Shown here piece by piece: positions 23,003-32,301 of a stretch of 64,000 nt of DNA. Made by a program: the position numbers and the translations under genes. The stretch lies in assembly GCA_027731085.1 (NCBI GenBank), contig JAQCDG010000001.1, positions 5,179 to 69,178 on the forward strand, read 5' to 3'. Origin of the DNA: Actinomycetota bacterium (GTDB lineage: Bacteria > Actinomycetota > Acidimicrobiia > Acidimicrobiales > Ilumatobacteraceae). Position 1 is the stretch's first letter. The number at the start of each line of letters is the position of its first letter. Below the pieces are notes generated by a model that saw only the letters and a program-made list of their open reading frames with translations, ran no database searches and was not told the DNA's origin.

Positions 23003-23934
23003 GCTTGGCCTCCGAGACTTGAACCACTGCCAAGCAGTTCGAACAGCACCGCCATTCGAACTGAGACGCCGTTAGCAACTTGTCGATGAATCAAAGAGTT
23101 TTTTACATCAGATGGATCAATTTGCATTTCAACGCCTCGATTCATCGGACCAGGATGCATCACTATCGCATCAGACTTAAGCGTGAGCACTCTTTTTTGC
23201 GTCAATCCGTATTGTTCGCTGTATTCACGAAGCGTCGGCACGTGCCCTTGCGCCATGCGTTCACTCTGTAAACGCAACATATAGAGCACGTCAACCGTGC
23301 CAATCACCTCATCTAGTTTGTGCGACACGCTCACTGGCCAGTGCGAAACATCGGGTGGCAACAAGGTTGGTGGTGCAACAAGCACAACGTTTGCTCCAAG
23401 CAGCGTAAATGCCTGAATATTGCTTCGTGCCACGCGCGAGTGTTTGATATCCCCAACTATTGCAACTTTCATTCCTGCAAAACTTTGGGCGTGGGTAGCT
23501 TCACGAATGGTGTAGCAATCTACGAGTGCCTGCGTCGGATGTTGATGCGCACCGTCGCCCGCATTGATTATCGACGCCGAGGTCCACTGGCTAATCTGCC
23601 ACGGAATACCCACCGACTTGTGTCGCACGACGAACGCATCAACCCCCATATCGGTGATTGTCGCAACGGTATCGCGCAACGACTCGCCCTTATTGACACT
23701 TGAAGTTGAAACATTAAACGTCATCGTGTCTGCTGACAGTCGCTTGGCAGCCGTCTCGAAACTCAAGCGCGTGCGGGTCGAGTCTTCAAAAAACAAACTC
23801 GCAACAGTACGTCCGCGAAGTGCCGGCACTTTTGGCACGGGTCGATGGTTGATCTCGGCCATGTGATCTGTTAACTGCAACAAGGCTGTCAAACCTTCTA
23901 GACCGAGTTCGTCGATTGAGCGCAGATGCTTCAT
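22999..23934 (-). CDS. pyrB: aspartate carbamoyltransferase catalytic subunit
   Basis: 311 aa with FFEDSTRTRLSFE, HPTQAL and HPGPMNRGVE. Confidence 0.95.
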   Translation of the reverse strand: MKHLRSIDELGLEGLTALLQLTDHMAEINHRPVPKVPALRGRTVASLFFEDSTRTRLSFETAAKRLSADTMTFNVSTSSVNKGESLRDTVATITDMGVDAFVVRHKSVGIPWQISQWTSASIINAGDGAHQHPTQALVDCYTIREATHAQSFAGMKVAIVGDIKHSRVARSNIQAFTLLGANVVLVAPPTLLPPDVSHWPVSVSHKLDEVIGTVDVLYMLRLQSERMAQGHVPTLREYSEQYGLTQKRVLTLKSDAIVMHPGPMNRGVEMQIDPSDVKNSLIHRQVANGVSVRMAVLFELLGSGSSLGGQA

Positions 23935-24482
23935 TACGTCGCCTCCGTGCTCGGGGTAACAAACACTCCATCGCGCGTCGCCGAAACTTCATCGCCCCGA
24001 TGTGTCGGCAAATTTTTGCCGACGAAGTCTGGACGAATTGGCAGTTCACGATGGCCGCGATCTACAAGCACGGCAAGTTGCACCGACCGAGGCCGACCAT
24101 AGTTATTTAAGCCCTCCATCGCGGCCCTGACTGTTCGACCCGTATACAAAACATCGTCGACTACGACAACGGTTGCACCCGACAAATCGAACGGAATATT
24201 GCTGATCGCACCAAGCGAAACTGGTCTCAAGCCAATGTCATCGCGGTGCAGGCTGACATCAAGTGCACCTACTGGCACAGTTACTTCGGTTTCAATGTTG
24301 TTGATTTGCGCGGCAATCTCTTCGGCTATCCAGGTGCCACCACGTTGTAGACCGACTATTGCTAAACCCTCAACCCCATGGTTGCGTTCGACAATTTCAT
24401 GGGCAATTCGCACAATCGCGCGACGCACATCGGCCGCAGTCATCGCTTCACGCGACGAGTTAGAACTCGCTGACTTAGTCAC
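23934..24482 (-). CDS. pyrR: bifunctional pyrimidine operon regulator / uracil phosphoribosyltransferase PyrR
   Basis: 182 aa with the PRPP motif VVVVDDVLYTGRTVRAA. GTG start with GGAGGAG 5 nt upstream. First gene of the pyr operon. Confidence 0.93.
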   Translation of the reverse strand: MTKSASSNSSREAMTAADVRRAIVRIAHEIVERNHGVEGLAIVGLQRGGTWIAEEIAAQINNIETEVTVPVGALDVSLHRDDIGLRPVSLGAISNIPFDLSGATVVVVDDVLYTGRTVRAAMEGLNNYGRPRSVQLAVLVDRGHRELPIRPDFVGKNLPTHRGDEVSATRDGVFVTPSTEAT

Positions 24483-24492
24483 TATTACTCCT

Positions 24493-24523
24493 CCGTTTGA
24501 GCCTCACTGGACTCATTTGACGG
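24493..24523 (-). promoter_or_regulatory. PyrR-binding RNA stem-loop overlapping the pyrR Shine-Dalgarno sequence
   Basis: The minus-strand RNA reads CCGUCAAAUGAGUCCAGUGAGGCUCAAACGG. The core AGUCCAGUGAGGCU is nearly identical to the PyrR binding-loop consensus ARUCCAGAGAGGYU. Upper stem is GAGUC/GGCUC and lower stem is CCGU/ACGG. The 3' GG of the lower stem is the first GG of the SD GGAGGAG (24494-24488). Confidence 0.65.
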
Positions 24524-24577
24524 TGATTAACTTTTAAACTTCGCCGATCAATATAGCAGCACTTCGGTAAGCAGCCG

Positions 24578-25942
24578 TTATTTCGGGGTTCGCTGAAAAA
24601 CGACCCACCACGAATTGGCGAAGCTAGTCTCGAAATCCGAAGCCACCTTAGACCAAACTTGCTGCATCTGATCATCCATATTCACCGGCAAAATCACAAA
24701 CTCAATTTCGTCGACAAACGGCAAAATATCGCCTTCCGCGAAGACATCTAAACCATAAAGTGTTCGCTCAAAAGGAACCGGAAATGAATAAATCCTTTCG
24801 CGTCGTGCCATTTGTGCGGTCAACGGGTGATAAGCGCTGACTTTCGCCGACTCCGGAATCTTGCTCATCGCCTCGGTAGCGGCCGCGACCATCGGGTGGC
24901 TTGACCCGTTGTATGCGATGTCAGTTCTCGCACCCGGCAATGGCGACCACATGAACGCCGAAAACAAGCTGCTGATTAGGCACGCACCGATTAGCCACCC
25001 CCGAAGTTTGCTCGACAGCCGACCGATTGCATACACCGTGCCAAACACGAGCGCCGGAACCGCAACAAATGAATAGTGATATTCGATATGAAACTGATAC
25101 CAAAAGGTACTCAGAATATTGATGCCGATTACAAACAGTGAGATTGCCGCCACTTCGGGAAAAGCCACAAAAATAAATGCGAACGGCAGAAATAGCTGCA
25201 GCAAATAAAATGGACGCGAGTCGCTGACGAGATGTGACATGAGTTTTGCTGGATCAGAAAATATTGTCTTAATCAAACCACCGACTCCACCAAACGGAAT
25301 TCGCCAACTATTTCTAAATGACACGCCGTTAATGCCCTGTTGGATGCCAAAGATCGCCAAAATCATGTACCACAGCGAGAAAACTGCGGTGACTGCGCCC
25401 ACTTGCCGACTTCTTCGAAATGCGATCCAAACTCCGAGTGGCAGCATCACAAGAGCAACATCTTCTTTAACGCTGAGACTAAGCAAAGCCGCAGCGAAAA
25501 ACAGTCGCCACTTTTTTTCAAGAGCAGCATAAATACTCGCACCAACGAACAGCCCCAAAAACGAATCAGGGTGAAAGTTTTCTACCCCGATCCAAACCGT
25601 GGCCGGATGTATCAAATAGATGAACGCAAATACCGTCGCTGCACACTCGCTATCGAGTCTCTTGCGTGCGTATAGAAAGACAGGTATTGCTCCAGCAGAG
25701 ATAGCCAGCGACTGCACGACGAACAACAACGAACTCGAACCGAAAAACCAATACAGCGGCACCAAAAAAATTAACACGAAGCTGGTGTGATCCCCGAACA
25801 GATTTCGACCCATCAGGGTCACAAATGGGCTGTGAAATCTCGATAACAGCCAGATTCCTTGGTCATAAAGACCGAAGTCATATGCCGAGGTGTTCAGCCC
25901 CCGATGCAGCTCAACACTAAGTGCTGCCAAGTAAACAAACAT
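24578..25942 (-). CDS. polytopic membrane protein, DUF2079-like (N-terminus possibly longer)
   Basis: 454 aa with many TM segments. AYDFGLYDQGIWLLSRFHSPFVTLMGRNLFGDHTSFVLIFLVPLYWFF matches my recollection of the DUF2079 signature. The 34 codons upstream (to 26044) are open and would complete a first TM helix, but they contain no canonical start. Confidence 0.7.
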   Translation of the reverse strand: MFVYLAALSVELHRGLNTSAYDFGLYDQGIWLLSRFHSPFVTLMGRNLFGDHTSFVLIFLVPLYWFFGSSSLLFVVQSLAISAGAIPVFLYARKRLDSECAATVFAFIYLIHPATVWIGVENFHPDSFLGLFVGASIYAALEKKWRLFFAAALLSLSVKEDVALVMLPLGVWIAFRRSRQVGAVTAVFSLWYMILAIFGIQQGINGVSFRNSWRIPFGGVGGLIKTIFSDPAKLMSHLVSDSRPFYLLQLFLPFAFIFVAFPEVAAISLFVIGINILSTFWYQFHIEYHYSFVAVPALVFGTVYAIGRLSSKLRGWLIGACLISSLFSAFMWSPLPGARTDIAYNGSSHPMVAAATEAMSKIPESAKVSAYHPLTAQMARRERIYSFPVPFERTLYGLDVFAEGDILPFVDEIEFVILPVNMDDQMQQVWSKVASDFETSFANSWWVVFQRTPK

Positions 25943-26047
25943 TAAAGCAATCGACGACGCGGTGGCGGTTTGCCATACCGTGATCTGCGAGGCTCGAAGC
26001 CGAAGGGTGATCAGAAACTTTCTCGTATACCCAACCTTTTTGAATTA

Positions 26048-26470
26048 CTAAGTACGCACCCTTTTAGCAATCGCTGAAAGAATGCCATTCACATACTTAC
26101 CAGATTCTTCGGTCGAAAATCGCTTTGCCAATTCGACCGCCTCATTAATAACTACGGCAACAGGCACATCAGGTCGGTCAAGTAATTCGAATATCGCGAG
26201 TCGCAAAATGTTGCGGTCGATTGCAGGCATCCGCTGAATCGTCCATGTATGCGAGAACTCTGAAATTAGTTCGTCTGTATCCTGACGCTTATCTTCGGTG
26301 CCTTTCGCCAAAAGCATGACCAACTCATCTACACCCAAGATTTGCGCCTTGATGACCTCATCTACTTTGACGCTGCGCGACTCGGCTTCATACAAAAAGT
26401 GCACGGCTCGTTCGCGAGCGTTACTTCGATTGTCGTCCCCGACTTTGGCCTTACGGGGCAATGACATCAA
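26048..26470 (-). CDS. nusB: transcription antitermination factor NusB
   Basis: 140 aa with ARERAVHFLYEAE..IDRNILRLAIFEL. Sits in the efp-nusB context. Confidence 0.9.
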   Translation of the reverse strand: MMSLPRKAKVGDDNRSNARERAVHFLYEAESRSVKVDEVIKAQILGVDELVMLLAKGTEDKRQDTDELISEFSHTWTIQRMPAIDRNILRLAIFELLDRPDVPVAVVINEAVELAKRFSTEESGKYVNGILSAIAKRVRT

Positions 26471-27030
26471 ACTCTCGTTATGTATTCGCCTGAGCGCGTG
26501 TCTAGTTTAACTCGATCACCGATATTCACGAATAACGGCACTTGAATAACTTTGCCTGTCTCAAGAGTTGCAGGCTTACGCGCACCTGAAACACGATCGC
26601 CTTGAATACCTGGCTCGGTCTCGGCAATATTTAGTTCGACGGTCACGGCTATCTCGACGCTGACAATTTCATCTTTGTGCTGTGCAATAATTGCTTTCGC
26701 TCCTTCTACCAAATAGTCAGAGGCTTCACCCAATGCTCGCGGAGTGATGTTGATCTGCTCATAAGACTCAGTGTCCATGAATACATAGTCGTCACCTTCT
26801 TTGTAGAGAAACTGCATATCGGCGCGATCAAGAATTGCCTGTTCAACGCGCACACCTGCGTTGAAGGTTCGCTCTAAAATGTTGCCGGTGCGTAAGTTAC
26901 GCAACTTGGTGCGTACAAACGCCCCACCCTTGCCCGGTTTCACATGTTGAAAGTCAACAACAGTGAACAAACCGTTATCGATTTCGAGCGTGATGCCGTT
27001 CTTCAGGTCGTTGGTTGTAATTGCAGGCAC
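26467..27030 (-). CDS. efp: elongation factor P
   Basis: 187 aa starting MPAITTNDLKNG..FQHVKPGKGGAFVRTKLRNL. Confidence 0.95.
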   Translation of the reverse strand: MPAITTNDLKNGITLEIDNGLFTVVDFQHVKPGKGGAFVRTKLRNLRTGNILERTFNAGVRVEQAILDRADMQFLYKEGDDYVFMDTESYEQINITPRALGEASDYLVEGAKAIIAQHKDEIVSVEIAVTVELNIAETEPGIQGDRVSGARKPATLETGKVIQVPLFVNIGDRVKLDTRSGEYITRV

Positions 27031-28127
27031 TGTCGATCCTTTTTGCTTGACGTAAGTATTCGGCAGCCAGTTTGCGTAACGACGACTAAGTCCTCAATTC
27101 GCACACCACCGAGCCCTTCACGATAGACGCCAGGTTCAACAGTCACTACTTCGCCTACTTCGAGGGGCTCAGCAAAGCCGGTTCGCACCCACGGCATTTC
27201 ATGTATTTGCAAACCAACACCGTGACCGGTGCTGTGCGTAAATTCAGATGCAAAACCAGCCTCGGCTATATAGTCGCGACAAGTTTTGTCTACATCTTGG
27301 GCGAGCACACCCGCTTTGACAGATGCCAGGCCGAGCAATTGTGACTGACTCACTACTTCATGCATCTCACTCAAAACTGGGTCGACATCACCAATCAAAT
27401 ATGTTCGAGTCATGTCTGAGTGATAGCCGTCAACGAGTCCACCCACATCGATAACGACACTGTCCCCGGTTTCAATTCGACGACTGACTGGTCGATGGTG
27501 CGGTCGCGCCGAGTTTGGGCCACTCGCAACAATCGTGTCATAACTCGTGAACTCGGCACCATGTCGGCGCATGCGATAGTCGAGTTCATCGCGGATATCT
27601 CGTTCTGTCAAACCTTGCGAGAGCATCGGCACGACTTCAGCAAGAGCCTTATCTGTGGCGAGCGCTGCAAGTTGCATTCGTTGAATTTCTGGTTCGGTTT
27701 TGCGTCGGCGCAACTTCGGCACAATTGGTGCGATTTTTCGTAGTTCGGTTGACAACTGTTCAGTCATGCTCTCGAGCTGACTGACAGTCAATTCGCCAGC
27801 GTCAAAATTTACATTCTTCAATGAGGCTGTTGTGCCAGCCAGTGCTTCTCGCAGCGCCACAGCACTGCGGCCTTCAATGACTTCACAGTTGGCCCCAGAA
27901 TTTTTCGTTTGCTCACGCGCCTGATCGCCATATCGACCATCGACCACAAGCACCATGTCGTCAGGTCGCACAATCAAAGTGCCCGCCGAACCAGTAAAAC
28001 CTGTTAGCCAGCGAATGTTGTTCAGGTCTACGACTAGCAACCCACTGTCGATACTTGCACCGCGAACTTGCATTTCATCACGAACTAATTTGTCGCGACT
28101 ATCTACGACGAGTGGCGACAATGACAC
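27003..28127 (-). CDS. M24-family Xaa-Pro aminopeptidase/dipeptidase (PepP/PepQ-like)
   Basis: Has NIRWLTGFTGSAG, DVGGLVDGYHSDMTRT, HSTGHGVGLQIHE and EPGVY..G.GGVRIED. The ORF-track start (28250) runs through aroQ. I place the start at GTG 28127 (TTG 28121 as alternative), just after the aroQ stop. The 3' end overlaps efp by 28 nt. Confidence 0.85.
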   Translation of the reverse strand: MSLSPLVVDSRDKLVRDEMQVRGASIDSGLLVVDLNNIRWLTGFTGSAGTLIVRPDDMVLVVDGRYGDQAREQTKNSGANCEVIEGRSAVALREALAGTTASLKNVNFDAGELTVSQLESMTEQLSTELRKIAPIVPKLRRRKTEPEIQRMQLAALATDKALAEVVPMLSQGLTERDIRDELDYRMRRHGAEFTSYDTIVASGPNSARPHHRPVSRRIETGDSVVIDVGGLVDGYHSDMTRTYLIGDVDPVLSEMHEVVSQSQLLGLASVKAGVLAQDVDKTCRDYIAEAGFASEFTHSTGHGVGLQIHEMPWVRTGFAEPLEVGEVVTVEPGVYREGLGGVRIEDLVVVTQTGCRILTSSKKDRQCLQLQPTT

Positions 28128-28132
28128 AGCGA

Positions 28133-28591
28133 CTAACTCTTTTTTGCTAGCAATGTCGCCACTGCATGCACCGCAAAAACATATGAGTCGGCACCAAAGC
28201 CAGCGATCGAGCCCGACGCCACTGGGGCAACGACACTCTCGTGGCGCCATGGCTCGCGGGTCGTTGGATTCGAGAGATGAACTTCAACGATTGGCCCTGC
28301 AAAACTTGCCAAGGCGTCGTGCAGGCTCCATGCAAAATGCGTGAGCGCACCAGGGTTGATAATTATCGCAGCGCATCGACCACGAGCCGCATGAATCGCT
28401 GAGATAAGTTCGGCAGTGCTTTGAGCACTCACTGTCTCAATCTGTAGACCCACTTCTTTTGCAATTTCGCCAACTCGACGCATGTGATCGGCTAGAGAAT
28501 CGGTGCCATAAATCTCTGGCTGGCGCTGGCCGAGCAAGTTGAGATTTGGTCCACTCAATACCAAAACTATTTGCGAGTTTGATTTGGCCAT
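28133..28591 (-). CDS. aroQ: type II 3-dehydroquinate dehydratase
   Basis: 152 aa with VLSGPNLNLLGQRQPEIYG and IIINPGALTH. Confidence 0.93.
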   Translation of the reverse strand: MAKSNSQIVLVLSGPNLNLLGQRQPEIYGTDSLADHMRRVGEIAKEVGLQIETVSAQSTAELISAIHAARGRCAAIIINPGALTHFAWSLHDALASFAGPIVEVHLSNPTTREPWRHESVVAPVASGSIAGFGADSYVFAVHAVATLLAKKS

Positions 28592-28600
28592 GGCTATAGA

Positions 28601-29623
28601 TTACTTCTCGTTCAGTTGCATTGCGTCAAAGGCTTGATCTAAATGCTTCTCACTCACACCACTCACAACTTCAATGCCTTTTGGTCCATCCAGCACAAAC
28701 GTCAAACCCGATACTGCTTTTTTATCTAGGTGCATCAAGTCGATTAACTTTTGGCGATCAATTTTTTCGTCTGGCTTAACCTTCAAACCATAAGTTTCGC
28801 CGATAACCGTGTAGTGGTCGTCGACTCTCTGTTTGGTTATTCGTTGCATCGCATGCGCCAAATGCGCCGCAAAAATCATGCCGACTGCGACCGCCTCACC
28901 GTGAGCCAATGAAAAATTGCTGGATCGCTCTAACGCGTGCGCCAAAGTGTGACCATAATTGAGTAGCACCCGACTACCGCTTTCTCGCTCGTCAGCAGAA
29001 ACAATTTTCGCTTTGATCTCAACGCACCTTGCTATTCGCTCAGGCATTGCAAGACTGAGCAGATCATCGCCCGTCAGGAAGTGATACTTCGCGACTTCGC
29101 CCAAGCCGCAACGCATCTCGCGCTCAGGCAATGTCTTGAGTGCATCCAAGTCACAGATAACGCCACTTGGCTGCCAAAATGCGCCAACCAAATTCTTGCC
29201 TTGGGCAATATTGACACCAGTTTTTCCGCCGATAGCCGCATCAACCATGCCGACTAGCGAAGTCGCCACATGCACCACTGGTGTACCGCGGTGCCAACTC
29301 GCTGCAGCAAAACCTGCAACATCGGTGACCATGCCTCCACCGATACCAATCACAACATCGCTTCTGGTCAAACCAAACTCGGCAAATTTTTGTGCGAGCA
29401 TCTCGATTGTTTGCAGATTCTTGTGCTCTTCGCCGTCGCCAATAAATACCGTAGTGCTTTCAATTTTCAACTTGGGTTGCAGACCAATCTGACTTTGCGT
29501 CACCAAGACGGCACGCTTTGCCGACTTCGGCAGCATCGCTTCAAGTTGATCAATTGTCCCGTGCCCAACCAACACCGAATAAGACCGTTCGGCTAATTCA
29601 ACTTTGACTTGATGTGTCGTCAT
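28601..29623 (-). CDS. aroB: 3-dehydroquinate synthase
   Basis: Has GGGMVTDVAGFAAA, GLGEVAKY and HTLAHALE. The ATG at 29623 forms an ATGA overlap with the aroK stop. The ORF-track start at 29656 would overlap aroK by 37 nt. Confidence 0.92.
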   Translation of the reverse strand: MTTHQVKVELAERSYSVLVGHGTIDQLEAMLPKSAKRAVLVTQSQIGLQPKLKIESTTVFIGDGEEHKNLQTIEMLAQKFAEFGLTRSDVVIGIGGGMVTDVAGFAAASWHRGTPVVHVATSLVGMVDAAIGGKTGVNIAQGKNLVGAFWQPSGVICDLDALKTLPEREMRCGLGEVAKYHFLTGDDLLSLAMPERIARCVEIKAKIVSADERESGSRVLLNYGHTLAHALERSSNFSLAHGEAVAVGMIFAAHLAHAMQRITKQRVDDHYTVIGETYGLKVKPDEKIDRQKLIDLMHLDKKAVSGLTFVLDGPKGIEVVSGVSEKHLDQAFDAMQLNEK

Positions 29624-30204
29624 TTGCTCACACCGATAATTTTCGTCAATTGACATTGATCGATGATCGTGTCGACAACCTGAGCGACCGTCAACGATTG
29701 GGTTGAAATCTTGTGCGTTGCAATCTGTTGGTAAAAGCTTTCTCGATTTGTTCGCATTTGATTTAGTGCCCCAACAGGGTCGCCATCTAAAAGCGGTCGA
29801 TGCTTGGCCCTACCGGTTCGACCGACCAAAGTCGAAGTCGGTGCATCTAGCCATACGATGCACCGAGCGTGACTCAAGAGCAACGCACGATTCGAATCTG
29901 AAACCACTGCGCCACCAGCCACCGCCATCACCATTGATTCGGTGTTGTCGCAAGCCTCAACCAAGGCTTCTGATTCAAGTCGACGAAATTCAGGTTCGCC
30001 TTTTTCAACAAAAATTTCTCGCACTGACAACTTCGCAGACTTTTCTATCAATTCATCTGAATCAGCGAACTGTAAATTCAATTTCTTTGCAAGTTCACGC
30101 CCAACAGTGGTCTTGCCCGAACCCATCAACCCGACCAGAACGATTAGTGATTTTGTGGGTTCATGCGTTGATAGCTCTGACGACACGTCCAGAACCAAAC
30201 TCAA
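29620..30204 (-). CDS. aroK: shikimate kinase
   Basis: 194 aa with the P-loop GLMGSGKTTVG. 4-nt overlap with aroC. Confidence 0.9.
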   Translation of the reverse strand: MSLVLDVSSELSTHEPTKSLIVLVGLMGSGKTTVGRELAKKLNLQFADSDELIEKSAKLSVREIFVEKGEPEFRRLESEALVEACDNTESMVMAVAGGAVVSDSNRALLLSHARCIVWLDAPTSTLVGRTGRAKHRPLLDGDPVGALNQMRTNRESFYQQIATHKISTQSLTVAQVVDTIIDQCQLTKIIGVSK

Positions 30205-31364
30205 CTTATTCTCTTCGCGAAACTAGTCGCGTTTCGCACAAAGTCGTCAATGCTGTCTCCACCAAAATTTCTTTGCGCCTCTTGCGCTAGAACCAGCGCC
30301 ACCATCGTCTCGGCGACGACACCCATAGCGGGCACAGCCGTTACATCTGTGCGTTCTTTGAAACTGACCGTTTCTTGCTTAGTTACTGTGTCAACAGTTT
30401 TTAGCGAAGGTCGATTGAGTGTCGCCAATGGTTTCATCGCCGCGCGCACGACCAGCATCTCGCCCGTCGACATGCCACCTTCGGTGCCGCCCGCCAAACT
30501 GGTTTCGCGTGAATATTTGTTTTCAGATTCGTTCCAAATAATTGCGTCATGTGCATTGCTGCCACGACGCGACGCAACCTCGAAGCCATCACCGATCTCT
30601 ACGCCTTTGACAGCCTGAATACTCATGATCGCTTGGGCCAGCAAGCCATCTAATTTTCGATCCCAATGCACATAACTGCCCAATCCAACGGGCATGCCAT
30701 AGGCCAATACCTCGACGATGCCACCCAAGCTGTCGCCGTCCTTTGCAGCATTTTCTATTTCGGCGATCATTTTGGCTTCAGCCACTGCATTGAAACAGCG
30801 CACGGGCGATTCGTCAATTTGTTCTAGATCATATATCTGCGGCCGAACTAGGTTTTCGCTACGCGCACTGCCCAACTGCAAAACATGCGAAAACACCGAG
30901 ACATTAATTTGCTTCAGCAAAAGTTTGGCAAGTGCACCAGCCGCGACACGTGCGGCAGTTTCGCGCGCGCTTGCCCGCTCGAGCACATCGCGAGCGTCGT
31001 CAAAACCATATTTCTGCATGCCAGTTAAATCAGCATGACCAGGTCGTGGCTGGGTCAGTGGTTTTTTAGTCTTGCCTGGCTCAGGAGACATTTCTTCATG
31101 CCAGACATCACTGCGAAACCATTCACTGTTCTTGATTTCAATCGCAACTGGTGAACCAAGGGTGCGGCCATGGCGAATGCCACCAACTAGAACAATCTCA
31201 TCTTGCTCAAATTTTTGTCGTGGTCCACGGCCAAAACCGAGTCGACGGCGAGCAAGTTCATCGTTGATGTGTTGCGCCGTAACTTCTAATCCTGCTGGCA
31301 AGCCCTCGACAATCACGACAAGGGCTTGTCCGTGACTTTCACCCGCCGTGAGGTATCGAAGCAT
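30201..31364 (-). CDS. aroC: chorismate synthase
   Basis: 387 aa starting MLRYLTAGESHG, with RPGHADL and SARETAARVAAG. Confidence 0.95.
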   Translation of the reverse strand: MLRYLTAGESHGQALVVIVEGLPAGLEVTAQHINDELARRRLGFGRGPRQKFEQDEIVLVGGIRHGRTLGSPVAIEIKNSEWFRSDVWHEEMSPEPGKTKKPLTQPRPGHADLTGMQKYGFDDARDVLERASARETAARVAAGALAKLLLKQINVSVFSHVLQLGSARSENLVRPQIYDLEQIDESPVRCFNAVAEAKMIAEIENAAKDGDSLGGIVEVLAYGMPVGLGSYVHWDRKLDGLLAQAIMSIQAVKGVEIGDGFEVASRRGSNAHDAIIWNESENKYSRETSLAGGTEGGMSTGEMLVVRAAMKPLATLNRPSLKTVDTVTKQETVSFKERTDVTAVPAMGVVAETMVALVLAQEAQRNFGGDSIDDFVRNATSFAKRIS

Positions 31365-31434
31365 GAATATCAGGCTACCTCTGGGGCGAGAGCACTACGG
31401 GGTCATTAAATTCGCAACTGCTACGACGGTGAAA

Positions 31435-32301
31435 CTATTGAGTCTCGAGCGCCACACTGCGCATCAAATTTGCGTCTCCTCTTCGACCTAACCAAACTTC
31501 TTGCTGTAACGCCGCCTGCTGCACCAACATTTCTAAACCATCGACAGTTTGTGCCCCAGCATTTTTGGCGGCACGCAATAAACCAGTTTCAAGAGGACGA
31601 TAAACGGCATCAAGAACCGTATGGCTCGCGTTAAGCAACTTCACATCTATCGGTGACTGATCGGTGTCGTGCATCTCACTACCTGTCGGGCTAAACCCGA
31701 CTGGTGTTGTATTAATAACTATCTGAGCCTTATTTATCTCGACACTAATTTCTCGACCGACTCGACAGTTGTTGTAGTTTTTTGCAATCTGTTCTGCGCG
31801 CTCTGTGGTGCGATTTATGATTACGACTTCGCTGGCACCGTTCTTAATCAACGAATAAACAACTGCACTTGCGGTGCCTCCGGCTCCGATAACAACGACT
31901 CTGCTCTTTGCGATTTTCTGTGTGCTTGCGAATTCAATTGCGTTGCATGCACCTTGCCCGTCAGTGTTTGTCGCGAAGATTGTGCCGTCTGGTCGCAACA
32001 AAACCGTGTTCGCCGATTTGGTGAATTTGACTATTTCATCAACCTCACCGATTTCACTGACAATTTTCGCCACATCAATTTTGTGTGGCATCGTGACCGA
32101 ATAGCCAGCAATGCCCAGAACCGACATCGCATCAATCGCATCTCTCACCTTGCCCGACTCAACTAAAAAAGCAAGATAGAGCCAATTGACATTAAACGCC
32201 TTGAATACAGCGTTGTGAATTTTTGGCCCAAGGCTCTGCGCAACTGGATTGCCAATAATCGCCGCTAGTCGTGTATTCGCATCGATTGGTTTGCTGTTCA
32301 T
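31435..32301 (-). CDS. aroE: shikimate dehydrogenase
   Basis: 288 aa with IIGNPVAQSLGPKIHN, VTMPHK and GAGGTASAV. 4-nt overlap with mltG. Confidence 0.88.
   Translation of the reverse strand: MNSKPIDANTRLAAIIGNPVAQSLGPKIHNAVFKAFNVNWLYLAFLVESGKVRDAIDAMSVLGIAGYSVTMPHKIDVAKIVSEIGEVDEIVKFTKSANTVLLRPDGTIFATNTDGQGACNAIEFASTQKIAKSRVVVIGAGGTASAVVYSLIKNGASEVVIINRTTERAEQIAKNYNNCRVGREISVEINKAQIVINTTPVGFSPTGSEMHDTDQSPIDVKLLNASHTVLDAVYRPLETGLLRAAKNAGAQTVDGLEMLVQQAALQQEVWLGRRGDANLMRSVALETQ

Noticed and set aside
27003-28250. Long N-terminal extensions in ORF-track calls that overlap the upstream gene: pepP-like to 28250, aroB to 29656, ruvX to 34039, aspS to 40003, secF to 44905 and pimA to 57767.
   Set aside because: In each case an internal ATG/GTG placed at or just after the upstream gene's stop gives an N-terminus matching the family consensus (for example MKTFFAGFGRLY for SecF, MRSLGIDLG for RuvX, MLRIGLISPYS for PimA). 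The extended parts are Cys/Arg-rich nonsense read out of frame through the neighbouring gene.
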